Part shown: positions 12,801 through 24,300 of the stretch, piece after piece | Position numbering within the stretch: the first letter of the stretch is position 1 | Layout of the letters: each line of letters opens with the position of its first letter | Assembly: GCA_004764695.1 (NCBI GenBank) | Contig: SMSO01000035.1 | Span: 2,418,001 to 2,482,000, forward strand | DNA: 64,000 nucleotides | Reading direction: 5' to 3' | Origin: Schizochytrium sp. TIO01 | Taxonomy: Eukaryota > Protista > Bigyra: Labyrinthulomycetes | Translations under genes and position numbers: made by a program | Notes under the pieces: model-generated | Database searches by the model: none | The model's input: only the letters and a program-made list of their open reading frames with translations | Told to the model about the DNA's origin: nothing

Positions 12801-14040
12801 GGGACGGGTTCTGCAGCACCTCAGTCCTTCAGTCAGTAAATCCATGACTTACGTCAACTTACTCGTGCTTCTGCAGTTCGCTCTGTAAACTCCAGAGCGT
12901 TTCGAAGATTTAGACAGACGATAAGATCTATGGGCTGTTCGGCGCAGCGAGACCTGGGCAACAAAATCTCAAGAGCACGCGCTCCAATACGGTCGAACTC
13001 GAGGTCAATGCATCCACGCAACGCTCACGTACCTGCAGGCCAATCGAGGCGCCAAATCTTGACATTTGTTCAGGCGCAGGACTTCAACGAAGCTAGGTAG
13101 GTATGTACTTCCTTACCTTCGGCTTTCGACACAATGTAATGTCTGCAATGCTTGCTTGCTCAAACGTGGCTGTCCGAGAAGTCCAAGATTGAATCTCTCT
13201 GCCTGCACGCGGAGCTCTCGAAGTTGGCTAGGTAGGTAGGTAGGCAGGTACCTTTGTACCTGCCTGGGTAGGGTAGGTATTTATTTACTTATCCATCTGC
13301 AGGTTTCCTGCAGGTTTAGCGTCGCTGCTGCGATTGTTCTCACGGCCAAAGCTTTCACCCACTAAACTTTTGGGACCCAAGACCGATGTCTTGAACAATT
13401 TCGGCCAAGGGTTGCGCAGTCTCTGTCTGTCTGTGGCAGTGCTCGCTTGCCGTCTTCGGGGTTAGTTCTGCGAAGATCATCCCATCGCAAGCAAGCTCTG
13501 GCAAGCCAGGCCCAGGCCCGCACCTGGGAACCTTGGCACCTGTCAGCTGCTGCAGAGCTGGCTGCATCTCCCGCCTCGAGTTTGGCCATCAGAGCGCTTC
13601 CGCCCATGCCTCGAAAGCATCGCAGATCTCGAGGACTCAGTCTCAACAAAAAAACAAACAAACAAACAAACAATTCTTCGAATTCATTGAATTACATCGA
13701 AGGTACTACAGCGGATAACTAAGCAGGCAGTAGGACTGCCTACTACCTACTACTTACTACCTACTACTAGGCCTGTGAGGCGAGCGCTACTTGGTCCTAG
13801 CGTACCCCGTAGGTAGGGGCGGCTGGGTGCCTTCCATATTGTGGGCTCTTTCTTCCAGCGCTCACAGTTTCCGAGCAATTTCAAGATAAGCGTTGATTGA
13901 GCAAAGTAGTAAAGTCTGCACGTGAGTGAAAGTAGAAACAACGTCGCTGCGCCAGAGAGAGCACGGGTTTTGGGGTTCTTCTTATTAGGTCGAGGTGCGG
14001 GCTGAGAGCTTTATCCACTTGCAGACTTCTCTCCTGTTTC

Positions 14041-14280
14041 CATTTAAAGTTTTCTTTTAGAGGGAAAAGAAGGGGAAAAAGGGAATGGAAGGGGAGACGA
14101 AACACGGCGGTTCTTAAAGAAGAGAGAGCCAAAGAGTCACAACGATGATCGCAAAGGTTAGTGAAAGCGAAAGGAAGATGCGGCGTTCGCTTGATTGAGC
14201 CTGCGAGGCCTCGCGTTATATACAGATAGGCTTCCTTCCCGTCAAGCCTCCAAGGAGACGGCCCATTTGGTTGATTGAAA
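14041..14280 (-). promoter_or_regulatory. Promoter-like element: TATATAA, a 12-bp palindrome, a pyrimidine-rich leader and an ATG in A-rich context
   Basis: Minus-strand TATATAA at 14222-14216; GCGAGGCCTCGC palindrome at 14203-14214; CT-rich tract at about 14130-14060; TAAATGG at 14043 opens only a 10-codon ORF. Confidence 0.3.
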
Positions 14281-14364
14281 ATATAATTGTTCAATGAAAA
14301 AGTTTACGCCCCACGGCGTGAAAGAAGAAAGGGATCTTGGCAAGGTTAGTGAGTCTCGTTTCTG

Positions 14365-14366
<2 letters not shown>

Positions 14367-14428
<62 letters not shown>

Positions 14429-14439
14429 GTTGTTGTTGT
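14367..14439. repeat. (TTA) about 20 copies, followed by (TTG)n
   Basis: Read directly from the sequence. Confidence 0.95.
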
Positions 14440-14820
14440 GTTGTTTTGTTTATTTTGCTTAAATCCAACCATAAACACGAAGTAATAAAAATAAAATAAA
14501 ATAAAATAAAATTTAGATTTTACGTTTACCTTTACATAAAATAAATATTGTAACTTCACGGCCCAAGACATGGCATGTGCCTTTTCTTTCTTCACGCTTG
14601 AAAATGCAGCAGTACAGTTTTATGACTAATCATTAAAATAACCAAAATGCATTTCAGTTCTTCCCAATTCAATCCTGTTTGACTTTACTTTCTTTGCTCC
14701 ACCTCAGTCAAACAGCAATGAATGATCAATCACATAGTCAGCTGCGGAGATCCTCTTGTATAGATTCTTTCATGCTTGGGCCGCAAACTCTGTTGTTCTC
14801 TCCTTCAATTTCCACGGGAC

Positions 14821-15160
14821 ATGGACATTTATTTACTTTTCGAAGGCGAGCTTGTTTTCGTTGGCTTCTCCGCAAACTGCCGCACGATCTTGGCGGCCCT
14901 CCTGCGGTGATAGGACCTGGAGGAGGAGAAGATCTTCGAGACCATCATGGCCAGCCACGAGGTCCTACGCGCATAATTAGCTACTCATATACTTCGTGAG
15001 CGAGTCGAACCTCTTCAAAGCCGTTCGTTCTCCAAGATCCTTTTACTCCTCCTCGAGTAAGAATCCGATCAGAGTCACATGAGCCCCATAAATCTCTACA
15101 CCCAAAGCTGTCGCATGGGAGTGGCGTAGCGCTACGTGCTGAATAGGGCCTTGAAGTTGC
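14821..15160. pseudogene. Decayed coding-like segment with strong 3-nt periodicity
   Basis: The plus frame from ATG 14821 reads MDIYLLFEGELVFVGFSANCRTILAALLR**DLEEEKIFETIMASHEVLRA*LATHILRERVEPLQSRSFSKILLLLLE*... The antisense codon-aligned frame also looks protein-like, so the strand is unresolved. Confidence 0.3.
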
Positions 15161-16096
15161 CAGGTTGCCAGAACTGCTGACTTCATTGGAGTCATCGAAG
15201 AGGTTTCTGAAGAGGCTTCTGAAGAAGTTGTTCAAGTTGGCTGTTCAAGTTGCAGAAGTCGTCGAGCAGAGAAATAGATGCGCCTTGATGGGCCTGGGAT
15301 TGCAATTGCAGGCAGGGTTTATGCCGACGCCCTGCTTCGGCGTGGATTCCGTCGACGGTCTGTGGAGGCGGCGCAGCACCACCCATTCAGGGTCGGTCTT
15401 GCGGTGCGGTTGCTGACAAACGCAGCGAGTGAGTGAGTGAGTGACATCGTCGCAGAGCCCGAGATCGTGCCCGAAAGCAAAGAACCCGGCTGGGCATCGA
15501 TCGACACCCTTCCCGGCCTTGTTTTTGGTTCTGGCAACCTTGGGTCCAATGTTCGAGGCCACGGCCTTCTCCAAGCCGTGCCTTGGCAAGCAACTTGAGC
15601 ACGTGCAAGCGAGCGAGTTGGGCTTCTTGGAGCAGCACCTGAACGAAGAACTGCAGCAGGGCCCTGAAGACAGAATCAAGGCTTCTCTCGCTCCAGCTTG
15701 CGTGAAAGCCTTCGCTTGCTTGCTCAGGGCTCGGCAGCGCCGCTGCTTTGCAGACGTTCGCTCTCGCGTCGAGCGAGCCGGGCGGCCGCTTCGAACCGGC
15801 GCAGGTAGCAAGCGGCACTGCAGCTTGCGAGGAGGGCCTCGAGGGTGCAGGTGCCGCGCCTCCAGAAGCGTGGCCCGTGCCACAGAGGTCCATGGCCCGT
15901 GGCCTGCACGTGCACATTGGTTCTCAAGCGAGCGACTGATTGATTGACCTCGGTTCTCGCACATCCACCCGGCCGTGGCGGTGGACAGCGACAGCGACAG
16001 CGACGAGGAGAACTCGAGGGCCAGGCAGGCAGGCAATGCATGCATATGCATGCATGCATATGGTGGCGTCGGCGGCGTCGGCGGCGGCGCAGATCT

Positions 16097-16144
16097 CCGG
16101 GTTCTTGGCCGGGTTCTTGGCCGGGTTCTTGGCCGGGTTCCTGG
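16097..16144. repeat. 12-bp tandem repeat (CCGGGTTCTTGG) x4
   Basis: Three exact copies plus one copy with a single mismatch. Confidence 0.95.
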
Positions 16145-16853
16145 ACCAAGAACTCGAAGGAGGACCTGGCGAAGGACTTGCGAGTGCCGATGCACTGGGC
16201 CTCGCTTGGAGTAGTCGAGCTTCAAGCCGGGCTTGAGGTCGCTGGGTTCGACGATGGATCGGTGGAGCGATGGGGTGGCAAGCAAGCAAGTAGCAAGCAA
16301 GTAGCAAGCAAGCAAACGCGAGAATGAATTAGTTCTCAAGCAAGCTGGGCCTTACAGGTGAGGTGGACGGAGGAGCTCAATCAATGCATGCAGGTCTCGA
16401 GGATGAATGGAATGGGTGGCGGCGAAGGCTCGTAGCACATTGGCCGTTCCTGAGGATCGCAGTTCCCAGGATCGTTTGATGATGGCGCTGTTTACGCTCG
16501 ACGGAGCCGTCGAAAGAATCTAAGGCGGTCGGTGGCCAGTCCGAACGATGGCGAACAGAGCTGCGTTTCGTTTGCTCGCTTCATCATGGATGCGGATCTT
16601 TCGTTTTGCTTGATACGAGCGCGCAGGCGAAGCAATGGGCCGCCTTGACGTGGAACGAGAGCAGCGTAGTTATCATCATCATCATCATCGTCGTCGTCGA
16701 ATTCTTCTTCGTACTATTCTTCTTAATCTTGTGTCCCCTAAAATAAAAAGGGACAATCATCGATGAGATTTTCATGAGGAAACAAATAAAAACGAAAGAT
16801 CTTCAACTCATTCATGCATGCTCAAGAAGTTGGTTTTCGGCTTCGTGGTGCTT

Positions 16854-16930
16854 GTTTAGTTTAGTTTAGTTTAGTTTAGTTTAGTTTAGTTTAGTTTAGT
16901 TTAGTTTTTTGTTTTGTTTTGTTTTGTTTT
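16854..16930. repeat. (GTTTA) x10 followed by (GTTTT)n
   Basis: Read directly from the sequence. Confidence 0.95.
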
Positions 16931-18128
16931 TTGCAGCCGAGACTGGCGAGGAATGCCTACGACCAAAAACCAGCGAGGCATAGCACGTAGGGCTTCAAGT
17001 TGAAAACGCGAGCGGGGCTGAAGATGAAGATGAGCTTTTTGGTGTAGATCTATTTTAATTTTAAAGCAAATGAAAAAACGAAAAGTAAGATCGTATTCAA
17101 AGAACCAGAAAAGAAAAGAAAAGAAAAGAGTGAAAAAGAGAACCTCAGCGGCTGCTTTTTGGAAAAAGGATGTAAAAAGATGAAAAAAAGAAAAAAAGAG
17201 AAAGGTGCAGTACTTTTCAATAGTATTGGTTTATTTATTCAAATAAATATAAATAAATATATTATAAATATAAACATAAATGATGCCATTTGAAGACGAA
17301 AACTGGAAACGTTTTTTTTTTTTTTTTCATGTTAGGCCTGCAAATATTTCCTCCCGGCGTTAAAATTATTCACCATTGCGAGGTTATGGGGACCCGAGTT
17401 TGCTGGTCTCGTCGCCGCCCGGCACGACAAGTTTTTCCATCCTGAGGCAGCCTAAGAACGTTCATTTCGAGTCTCCATGAAACAGGTTGGTTACCCTCAA
17501 ATGGCTCAGTTCGCCTTGTTGGGCAAAAAAAAAATCAGTTCAAGAGAATCCTTTTACATCTAATTAAAAGGAAAAAGCAGATAAGATTCATTGCGCCCTC
17601 AATGGCGGGCGATAAAAACTTTACTTCTTTTTTCTTCTTCGCTGTCCATCCGTAAAGTCGCCATCGCGTTCTGCCGATGGTACTTAAAAGTAGCACTCGG
17701 CTGAAGTTAGTTGCCCGGAAAAGCAAACTCAGGCGCGCTATTTAAAGAGTGGTTTTCTTTCCAGCGCCTCAACGATCCTTCAGAAAGAAAAAGGAAAAGG
17801 AAAAGAAAAAAGCACTTCGAGCAGAAGAAGAAGAAATTAAAAATAGCTTTCGAAAGCTGCGAATATCTATCATTCAGTTGGTGATCCTCTGGCAATTTCC
17901 ATGATTGATTGATTGATCGATCAATCGATCAGCTGGCTCATGTACGAACACATGAACAAACACACGCAGGAATCAGCCAATAGACAAATGGACAAATAAT
18001 AGCAAACAACTTTGAACAAACAAATAATCTAATGAGCGTTTTACTTTTGATTAAAGAGAAAGAAAGGTGAATGGAAACTTGCAAGATCCTCGTGCCGCCC
18101 TCTCAGGAGCACAAGACCTGAGCTCTGA

Positions 18129-18344
18129 CTTCTTGGTTATCATACTTCTTGGTTATCATACTTCTTGGTTATCATATTTCTTGGTTATCATACTTCTTGG
18201 CTATCATATTTCTTGCTCATCATATTTCTTGGTTATCATATTTCTTGCTCATCATACTTCTTGGTTATCATACTTCTTGGTTCTCATACTTCTTGCTCAT
18301 CATATTTCTTGGTTATCATATTTCTTGCTCATCAGACTTCTTGG
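18129..18344. repeat. 16-bp minisatellite, consensus YTTCTTG(GTT/CTC)ATCATA, 13.5 copies
   Basis: Units are in exact 16-nt register from 18129 with no indels. Confidence 0.97.
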
Positions 18345-18797
18345 AGGCGGAACTGAGGAAACCGGAGCTGGAAACTCCAGAGCCTCGCAGTCTGCAGATG
18401 ATGAGTAAGTTCAAGTGGAGCGTAGGTTACGTGTCTTCTTCTTTGTACCAATTAGTTCTGTGGATTCTGTGAATTCTGTTAATTCTGGGAATAGGAAACA
18501 GGACACGACACGGAATGAAGGAATCAATCCATGCCACAATTTTCGGCACTTCGAGCGCGATTCCGATGCACAGTTCGCCGCAAACGACGCGGTGACGCTT
18601 TGGTTCTGCGCCAAAACTTGAAGATTGGCTGATGCTTGCTTGCTTGCCTGCTTGATTGATTGATTGATTGGCTTCTTCTGCTTCATCGAGAGCCCTTCGA
18701 ACTGCAGCTGCAAGCTAGCCAGTTATCCACACGGAGCGGCGCTCGTTTTGCTGCGCATGGCGGGCTCGTGGCCATCGCGCTGCACGCTGCCGCCATC

Positions 18798-18922
<125 letters not shown>

Positions 18923-19441
18923 TGGGCTCCAAGCAGATGTAAGTAAACCCAGAGCTAGAGCTAGAGCTGGAGGTGGACGTGCTCGCGGTCCACGGCCACG
19001 GCGACTTGCTTGCTTGCCTGCCTGCTGCCGTCTACCCACCCCTCGCAAACTGCGGCCTCGTTCAGGTGCTTCTGCTCGAACGCTCTTCTTCGAGGAATCG
19101 CTCAGCGATGGTGGATGGGTGGATGGGTGGATGGATGGAATGTGCGGCTGCCGACTATCAATCTATCCATCTATCTATCAATCTATCGATCTATCAGCTG
19201 TCAATCAGATTCCATCCATCCACCGACTCTCTCTCCCTCTCTCCCTCTCTCTCTCGATCGATCGATTCGCTCTGCGTTTTAGCCATGCCTGGCCGACTCC
19301 GTTCACGCCATTGGCTCGGCTCGCCTGAGCCTGAGCCTGAGGGAGTGGAGCACGCAAGCAAGCAAGCAAGCAAGCAGGAACGAACTCGTGACTGATTGAC
19401 ATTGATTGGCGATGGCGAGCATCGCCAAGATAACTGCATCT

Positions 19442-19486
19442 GATTGTCTTGATTGTCTTGATTGTCTTGATTGTCTTGATTGTCTT
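19442..19486. repeat. 9-bp tandem repeat (GATTGTCTT) x5
   Basis: Read directly from the sequence. Confidence 0.95.
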
Positions 19487-20376
19487 GTGTTGTTTTGTGT
19501 TGTGTTGCCATGATCTTCGTCGTCATCATCATCGTCATGGAGGGCATCCTGCGCGATCTTTTGAGAGCCGTGCACGCGCCAGTTCCACGTTGCCCCATGT
19601 GCTAGAGCCTCCGATTCCTCCGGTACACCAGGCAAGGGGCTGAAACGCTTTCCCCGGAGGCCAGACTGGGGGGTATCATTGGAGTTAAGCGTGGGCTAGG
19701 GTGCGCACGTGCCGGGGATCGAAGAACGAAGAGAAGAGCGCCAAGTTGAACTGGAGCTTGAGCTTGAGCTTGAGCCTTCGCGAGTGAGGCTTCGACGAGG
19801 GTAACGAAGTGAAGCAGAGACAGCAAGCAGTGTATGTATGGGCTGGGTAGGTGGAACCAGCCCGCAGCTGGTGTTCCGTTTGGGTGAATTGGTATGGTCT
19901 TCTGGTTCTTTATAAGCTCGTGCATGATATGTGTGTGGGTGCTTTCTATGTCAGCTCGTCTCATTGTGGCTCTTATTGTTTTGAAGTCTGGTGAGTTAAA
20001 AACAGGGGGAAAGAAGGAAGTTGTCTCTTTCTTTTCTGCTTCTTTATCCATTCTTTAAGTGTTCTTGCGGTTCTATTGATAGCTATATGTTTCTTAGCGC
20101 TATAAACCTCTATCAGCTTATAATATATAAAACAAAACAGTTTTGTTACAAACGATGGTGAGGTAGTCTCAGAGTGTGAAAATATATGGAGGAGCAAGCA
20201 GCACACCTGAGCGAGGTATCGATCGCTCTGGAGAAGGCGCAGCAAAGCAAAAGGTTGCTGCAGGGTCAGTGCGAGTGACGTGAGGTTTCGAAAGCTGAGG
20301 GTTTATCGTTGTCTAGACTAATCGTATAAACTCAGGCAGCACACTTGGCCGGTTTGTTGCAGCAAAAACTTGAAGC

Positions 20377-21379
20377 ATGATGCAGAAATGTACTGCTGGG
20401 CTCGCCAGGGCCTCCCTCGCACGCTCGCTCGTGCTGATTATTATGGCCGCACAGCTTGTATTGACTCAGGCTCGCTACTACGAAGATGACGAAGAAGAAG
20501 ATGAAAAAGACCGCCCCGGGTTTGGTGGCAAGCTCGTAAAGAGCTTGATCTTTGCTGCAATTTCTACCGTCGTTGGGTTCCTGGTGATGTTCCCATTTGA
20601 GTTTGTACGACACAGCGAGGAGTACCAGGAAAAGCTGGCTGAGACCGAAAGCAGCGCCACCGCTTTCATGCAGACTTTCGCAGTGGTGATGCCCGAATGC
20701 ACATCTCCAGGTGCCGTTGAATTTGCTCTGGAAAGCTTCTACCTCTTTGCACCTCGCCTTATGCTCAAACTGCTGGCCTATGGCGTGATCCGCGGATTCG
20801 GACCCACCAACCCAGTGCTCGTACTTTTGGCTTCTGTTGCTGGAGGTCTAGCCACGATGCTCTACGTATACCCTCTCCGTAAGGCAGAGGCAGAGGAAGC
20901 CGACACCGGCCGTTTTGAGGATTTCGCAGAGTACGTAAGGAACAAGATATCTGAGGAGGGCATCTCTGCACTCTATGAAGGTGTAACCAACGATCTTCCG
21001 ATCATGGTCATCTTTCATGTTCTCTTTTTTGGCACCATGGAGGCGTGCAGTTCTATTCTGCAACACAACGTTGCCCTTGATCTCTTCATTGCAGCGCCTC
21101 TTGCTGTAACCGTTTCATCTCTCTTTGGAGCTCCGTTGGAGCATCTCCGCCAAGTCATCGCAGAAAATCCCATTTGACTATGGCGCCTTTTTCCTTGACG
21201 ATGAACGTGCACTCCGTTGGCCGCTTGAGTGGGGTGAGCTTGGGGAGTACCTATCCAACACCTATGCTACTTGGAGCGAAGAAGGTGTCGTCAGCCAACT
21301 TGGTTCGGTTTCCTTTAGTGTCAACACAGCAGCTCTGGGAATGGCTCTCTTTGTCGACCATGCACTCTTGGCAGCATAG
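20377..21379 (+). CDS. Highly divergent SLC25 mitochondrial-carrier-fold protein (ADP/ATP-carrier-like) with an N-terminal signal-peptide-like leader. About 333 aa once a single-base frameshift near 21163-21171 is corrected.
   Basis: Three carrier repeats with Px[DE]xx[RK]-like motifs (FPFEFVR, degenerate YPLRKAE, APLEHLR). EEGISALYEG...IFHVLFFG parallels AAC DGxxGLYxG...IYRAAYFG. The +1-frame ORF 21125-21379 supplies the third EG motif (SEEGVV) and a final hydrophobic helix. Confidence 0.8.
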
Positions 21380-24300
21380 TTTGGTTTGGCCACATTTTGA
21401 TGTAGGCGCCATTTTGCCAACAATCTTTTCTCTCTCAAGTTATGCCGTTCGCTAGTTGAAAGGTTTACATATTGTATTTGACATACTCTAGAGTCATTTG
21501 TGCCAAGGTCTGCAGACATGCTAGATTTATTCTTTAGCAATCTGCCCTTTCACTCCTTTTATATGCTCTGTAAGTAGTTGACTGATTTTTGTTGTTTCAT
21601 TTTATGTGTCCCACGCACTTGCTTTTTCCTTCATTTTCGAATTCCGGTCTTGTGCCATAGATAAAAGTACAAATTTCTCAAAGGTAGATACTGATCATAA
21701 TACTTTTACAATGACAAGAATGCCGGTTCCAAGGGTGAAACACAAATATCATATAGACTCGCATATTTAGTATACAAACCAAGTTTATAGATATAAGTTG
21801 TGCTAGGGAAATTTCATCATAAGCTTTGCGCTTAAGTATACAGTATTCGAATGCATAAGCTCTTTACGATTTTAAAACTCGCTGTCGATTAATTCATAGA
21901 CGAGAAAATATTTCTTCGCAAAAGAACTTGACCTCTTTCAAGAGACTTTACAGTTCGCAAGAGCAATTCATTTACTATAAGAAGCGACAGGAATTCGTGC
22001 CCTACATGATGCATAACACGAAGGCTCCAAATTGCTCAACTTTGCAAACCAACAAGAGGTGAGGTGTTTTTGAAACTGAGAGCTCTTATTTCTCAAACCT
22101 GCAACTTTCTGAAAGAACATACAAAGATAATCAACCAAAAGGTTCTGTAATTTTAAAAATGTAAATGTTTAATAGTATATTATCATCACTCTGAATGGTT
22201 CTAATTCCTCATGTTGATAATCGGACGACTATATACCTGTTTAGATGCGGAACCAAGGTACTCAAGAGTCCTAATTTTGTTTCATATTCAACAAGTCAAG
22301 TCTATTGGTATAATTTAAAGTGAAGATTAGGAATGGGAAATGCACGACCGGTTCTTCTGTGGATTAATTTAAGTCTGTGAATTGGAAGTGATTATGCCGC
22401 CTTGACAACCCGCAGTGTTAAGCGGGCCTCTGTCTCAAAAAGTTGCTTCTTCCTATGCATGTTTTAAAGCTCTTCAAGCAGCTTGTCTTCGAAAGGCCAT
22501 AGGACTTTCAACTAATCAGACGTAATTTAAAGAGCTGCACACATAATTAATGTAAATTATGTTTCTGGTTATTCTAATGAATTCAAAGCGTGGATCGCCA
22601 AAACTTATTCGTATAGATATCACAGTTGAAGTAAACTGTAATATCCCGTCTAAATTGGAGATGAATTTTTCAACAAATAACAACCGTTGGAATAAATGAA
22701 ATTTAAACATTTTCGCTGTATGGGATTAATTTCCCAAATCACGTATATTCGAAGTCGATCCAGCTCCAGGTCCTCCATATATCGGTGTATCTATTTTGTT
22801 TCAGTCTTGTGTGCTGATTCTACGCCTTGTTCCAAGGCGTAGATACACATACTCAGAGATGCAGAAAAGATATTTACGAAAACCTTTCGATTTTAACCAT
22901 CTATTAATGTGCTTTGCGCATTGTAAAATCATGCGAGGAGATAGTTGATATCGGTAACATGAGAAATATCACAAGCAGAATATGCAAGAAGACCCATCAG
23001 ACCTCTTCTTGACGCAAATTGTGCTACAAATGTTGATAAGATGGATGACAGGGAGGCATAAAAAACATAATCTACAAGAGAAAATACTGTAGCAGTTGCA
23101 AGTACGCTGAAACTATAAACGATTTCTGCAAATGAGCAGAGCTTAGTTTTCCAATCTGCTTCTCGTAAAACAACTGATATAATTGGCAGTATATTTTGCT
23201 GAGGGTGTCGCTTAGTATGAAGTACGTCTTTGCTTTGTAGCAATCAAGCGAAAGTCATAGCGACGTCAATCTTCTGCGAGTCCACTCGTAGCACTGTCGT
23301 CATTTGTATTAGAAATCGTATACTTGAATTTTTCATAGAAAATATAATGACCAGGATTCGATCTGAGTCTATGCTAACTGCCAGCAACTTAGCCAAAAAG
23401 ACTTTTCCCCGGAAAACGACAGCAAGGGTCGAATCATAGACAGAAAAGATAAACTTGATCAACCGCAGAGTATCTGTTCATTTAATGCAACATCTATATT
23501 ATTAATTGTATTGAAAACAAGTTGACGCAGGAGAAGGATAGGAAAGTCGGAAAAAGGGATTAGTCCACAGCTAGCTAGTAGAGCGTCGCTCTGTCGCTGG
23601 CGTTCCGGATATTTCTCTCTCAGATGTGAATTCGCGGTAGTAGCACTGTATTCATCGCGCTCGATTGATTTAATTTGGGAGCTTGGCCCTCGGAATCAAT
23701 GTCGCGTGGTATACCCGCAAGAATTTGTAGCACCATGGCCTTATTTACGATACCACTGGGTTCTCCTGGCTCTTCTGTGGCTATTTCTGCTCGCAGAATG
23801 AACTTTGAGCCGGCTTGTATATTCCTAAGACGCAGCGATCTTGCTAAAGATTGAGCGAACAGACTGCCTAATGAATATGAGAATGGATGTTTTTACTTAC
23901 TCTACCTAAGGCATTGCTGCTTTTGCAAATTTCTTTTTCATTGAAAACAAAGAGTAACTTTCAGATTAGTATGAATAAGAAGACCGACGAGCACTTTCAG
24001 GAGTAGCAGTGGCAAGTGCTATTTTAATGGCTGAATAAAAGAGTACTTGCATGGAGACTGTGGATTTTGGAACAATCAGCATATACCTATTCGTATACCA
24101 ACTTTAAATTAAGAAAGGTGTCGTGCACAATTCTAAAAGGATGCTCTGCGACACGTGAAAGCTGGTTACGCAGAAGCAGCGCCATCCGCATGGATTGATT
24201 ACCCATTATGGAAGGTGTGCGTTATTGTTTCCAATAGAAGTATTTGCTCGCACGCGTGCAAAAAAGAAATATTTTATGCTGGTAGCACCAAACGTGTTGA

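Noticed and set aside
15245-16339. 364-aa minus-strand ORF and overlapping ORFs in the other frames
   Set aside because: Non-ATG start, runs through microsatellites, Arg/Ser/Cys/Pro-rich with no domain. All six frames are open because of high GC.
16854-16903. Interstitial telomere-like repeat (TTTAG)n
   Set aside because: It lacks the G-run of telomeric repeats and grades into (GTTTT)n like other local microsatellites.
18129-18344. CRISPR-like array
   Set aside because: The units are contiguous with no spacers, there are no cas genes, and the context is eukaryotic.
18067-18472. Three overlapping hydrophobic repeat ORFs
   Set aside because: Artefact of the stop-free 16-bp minisatellite.
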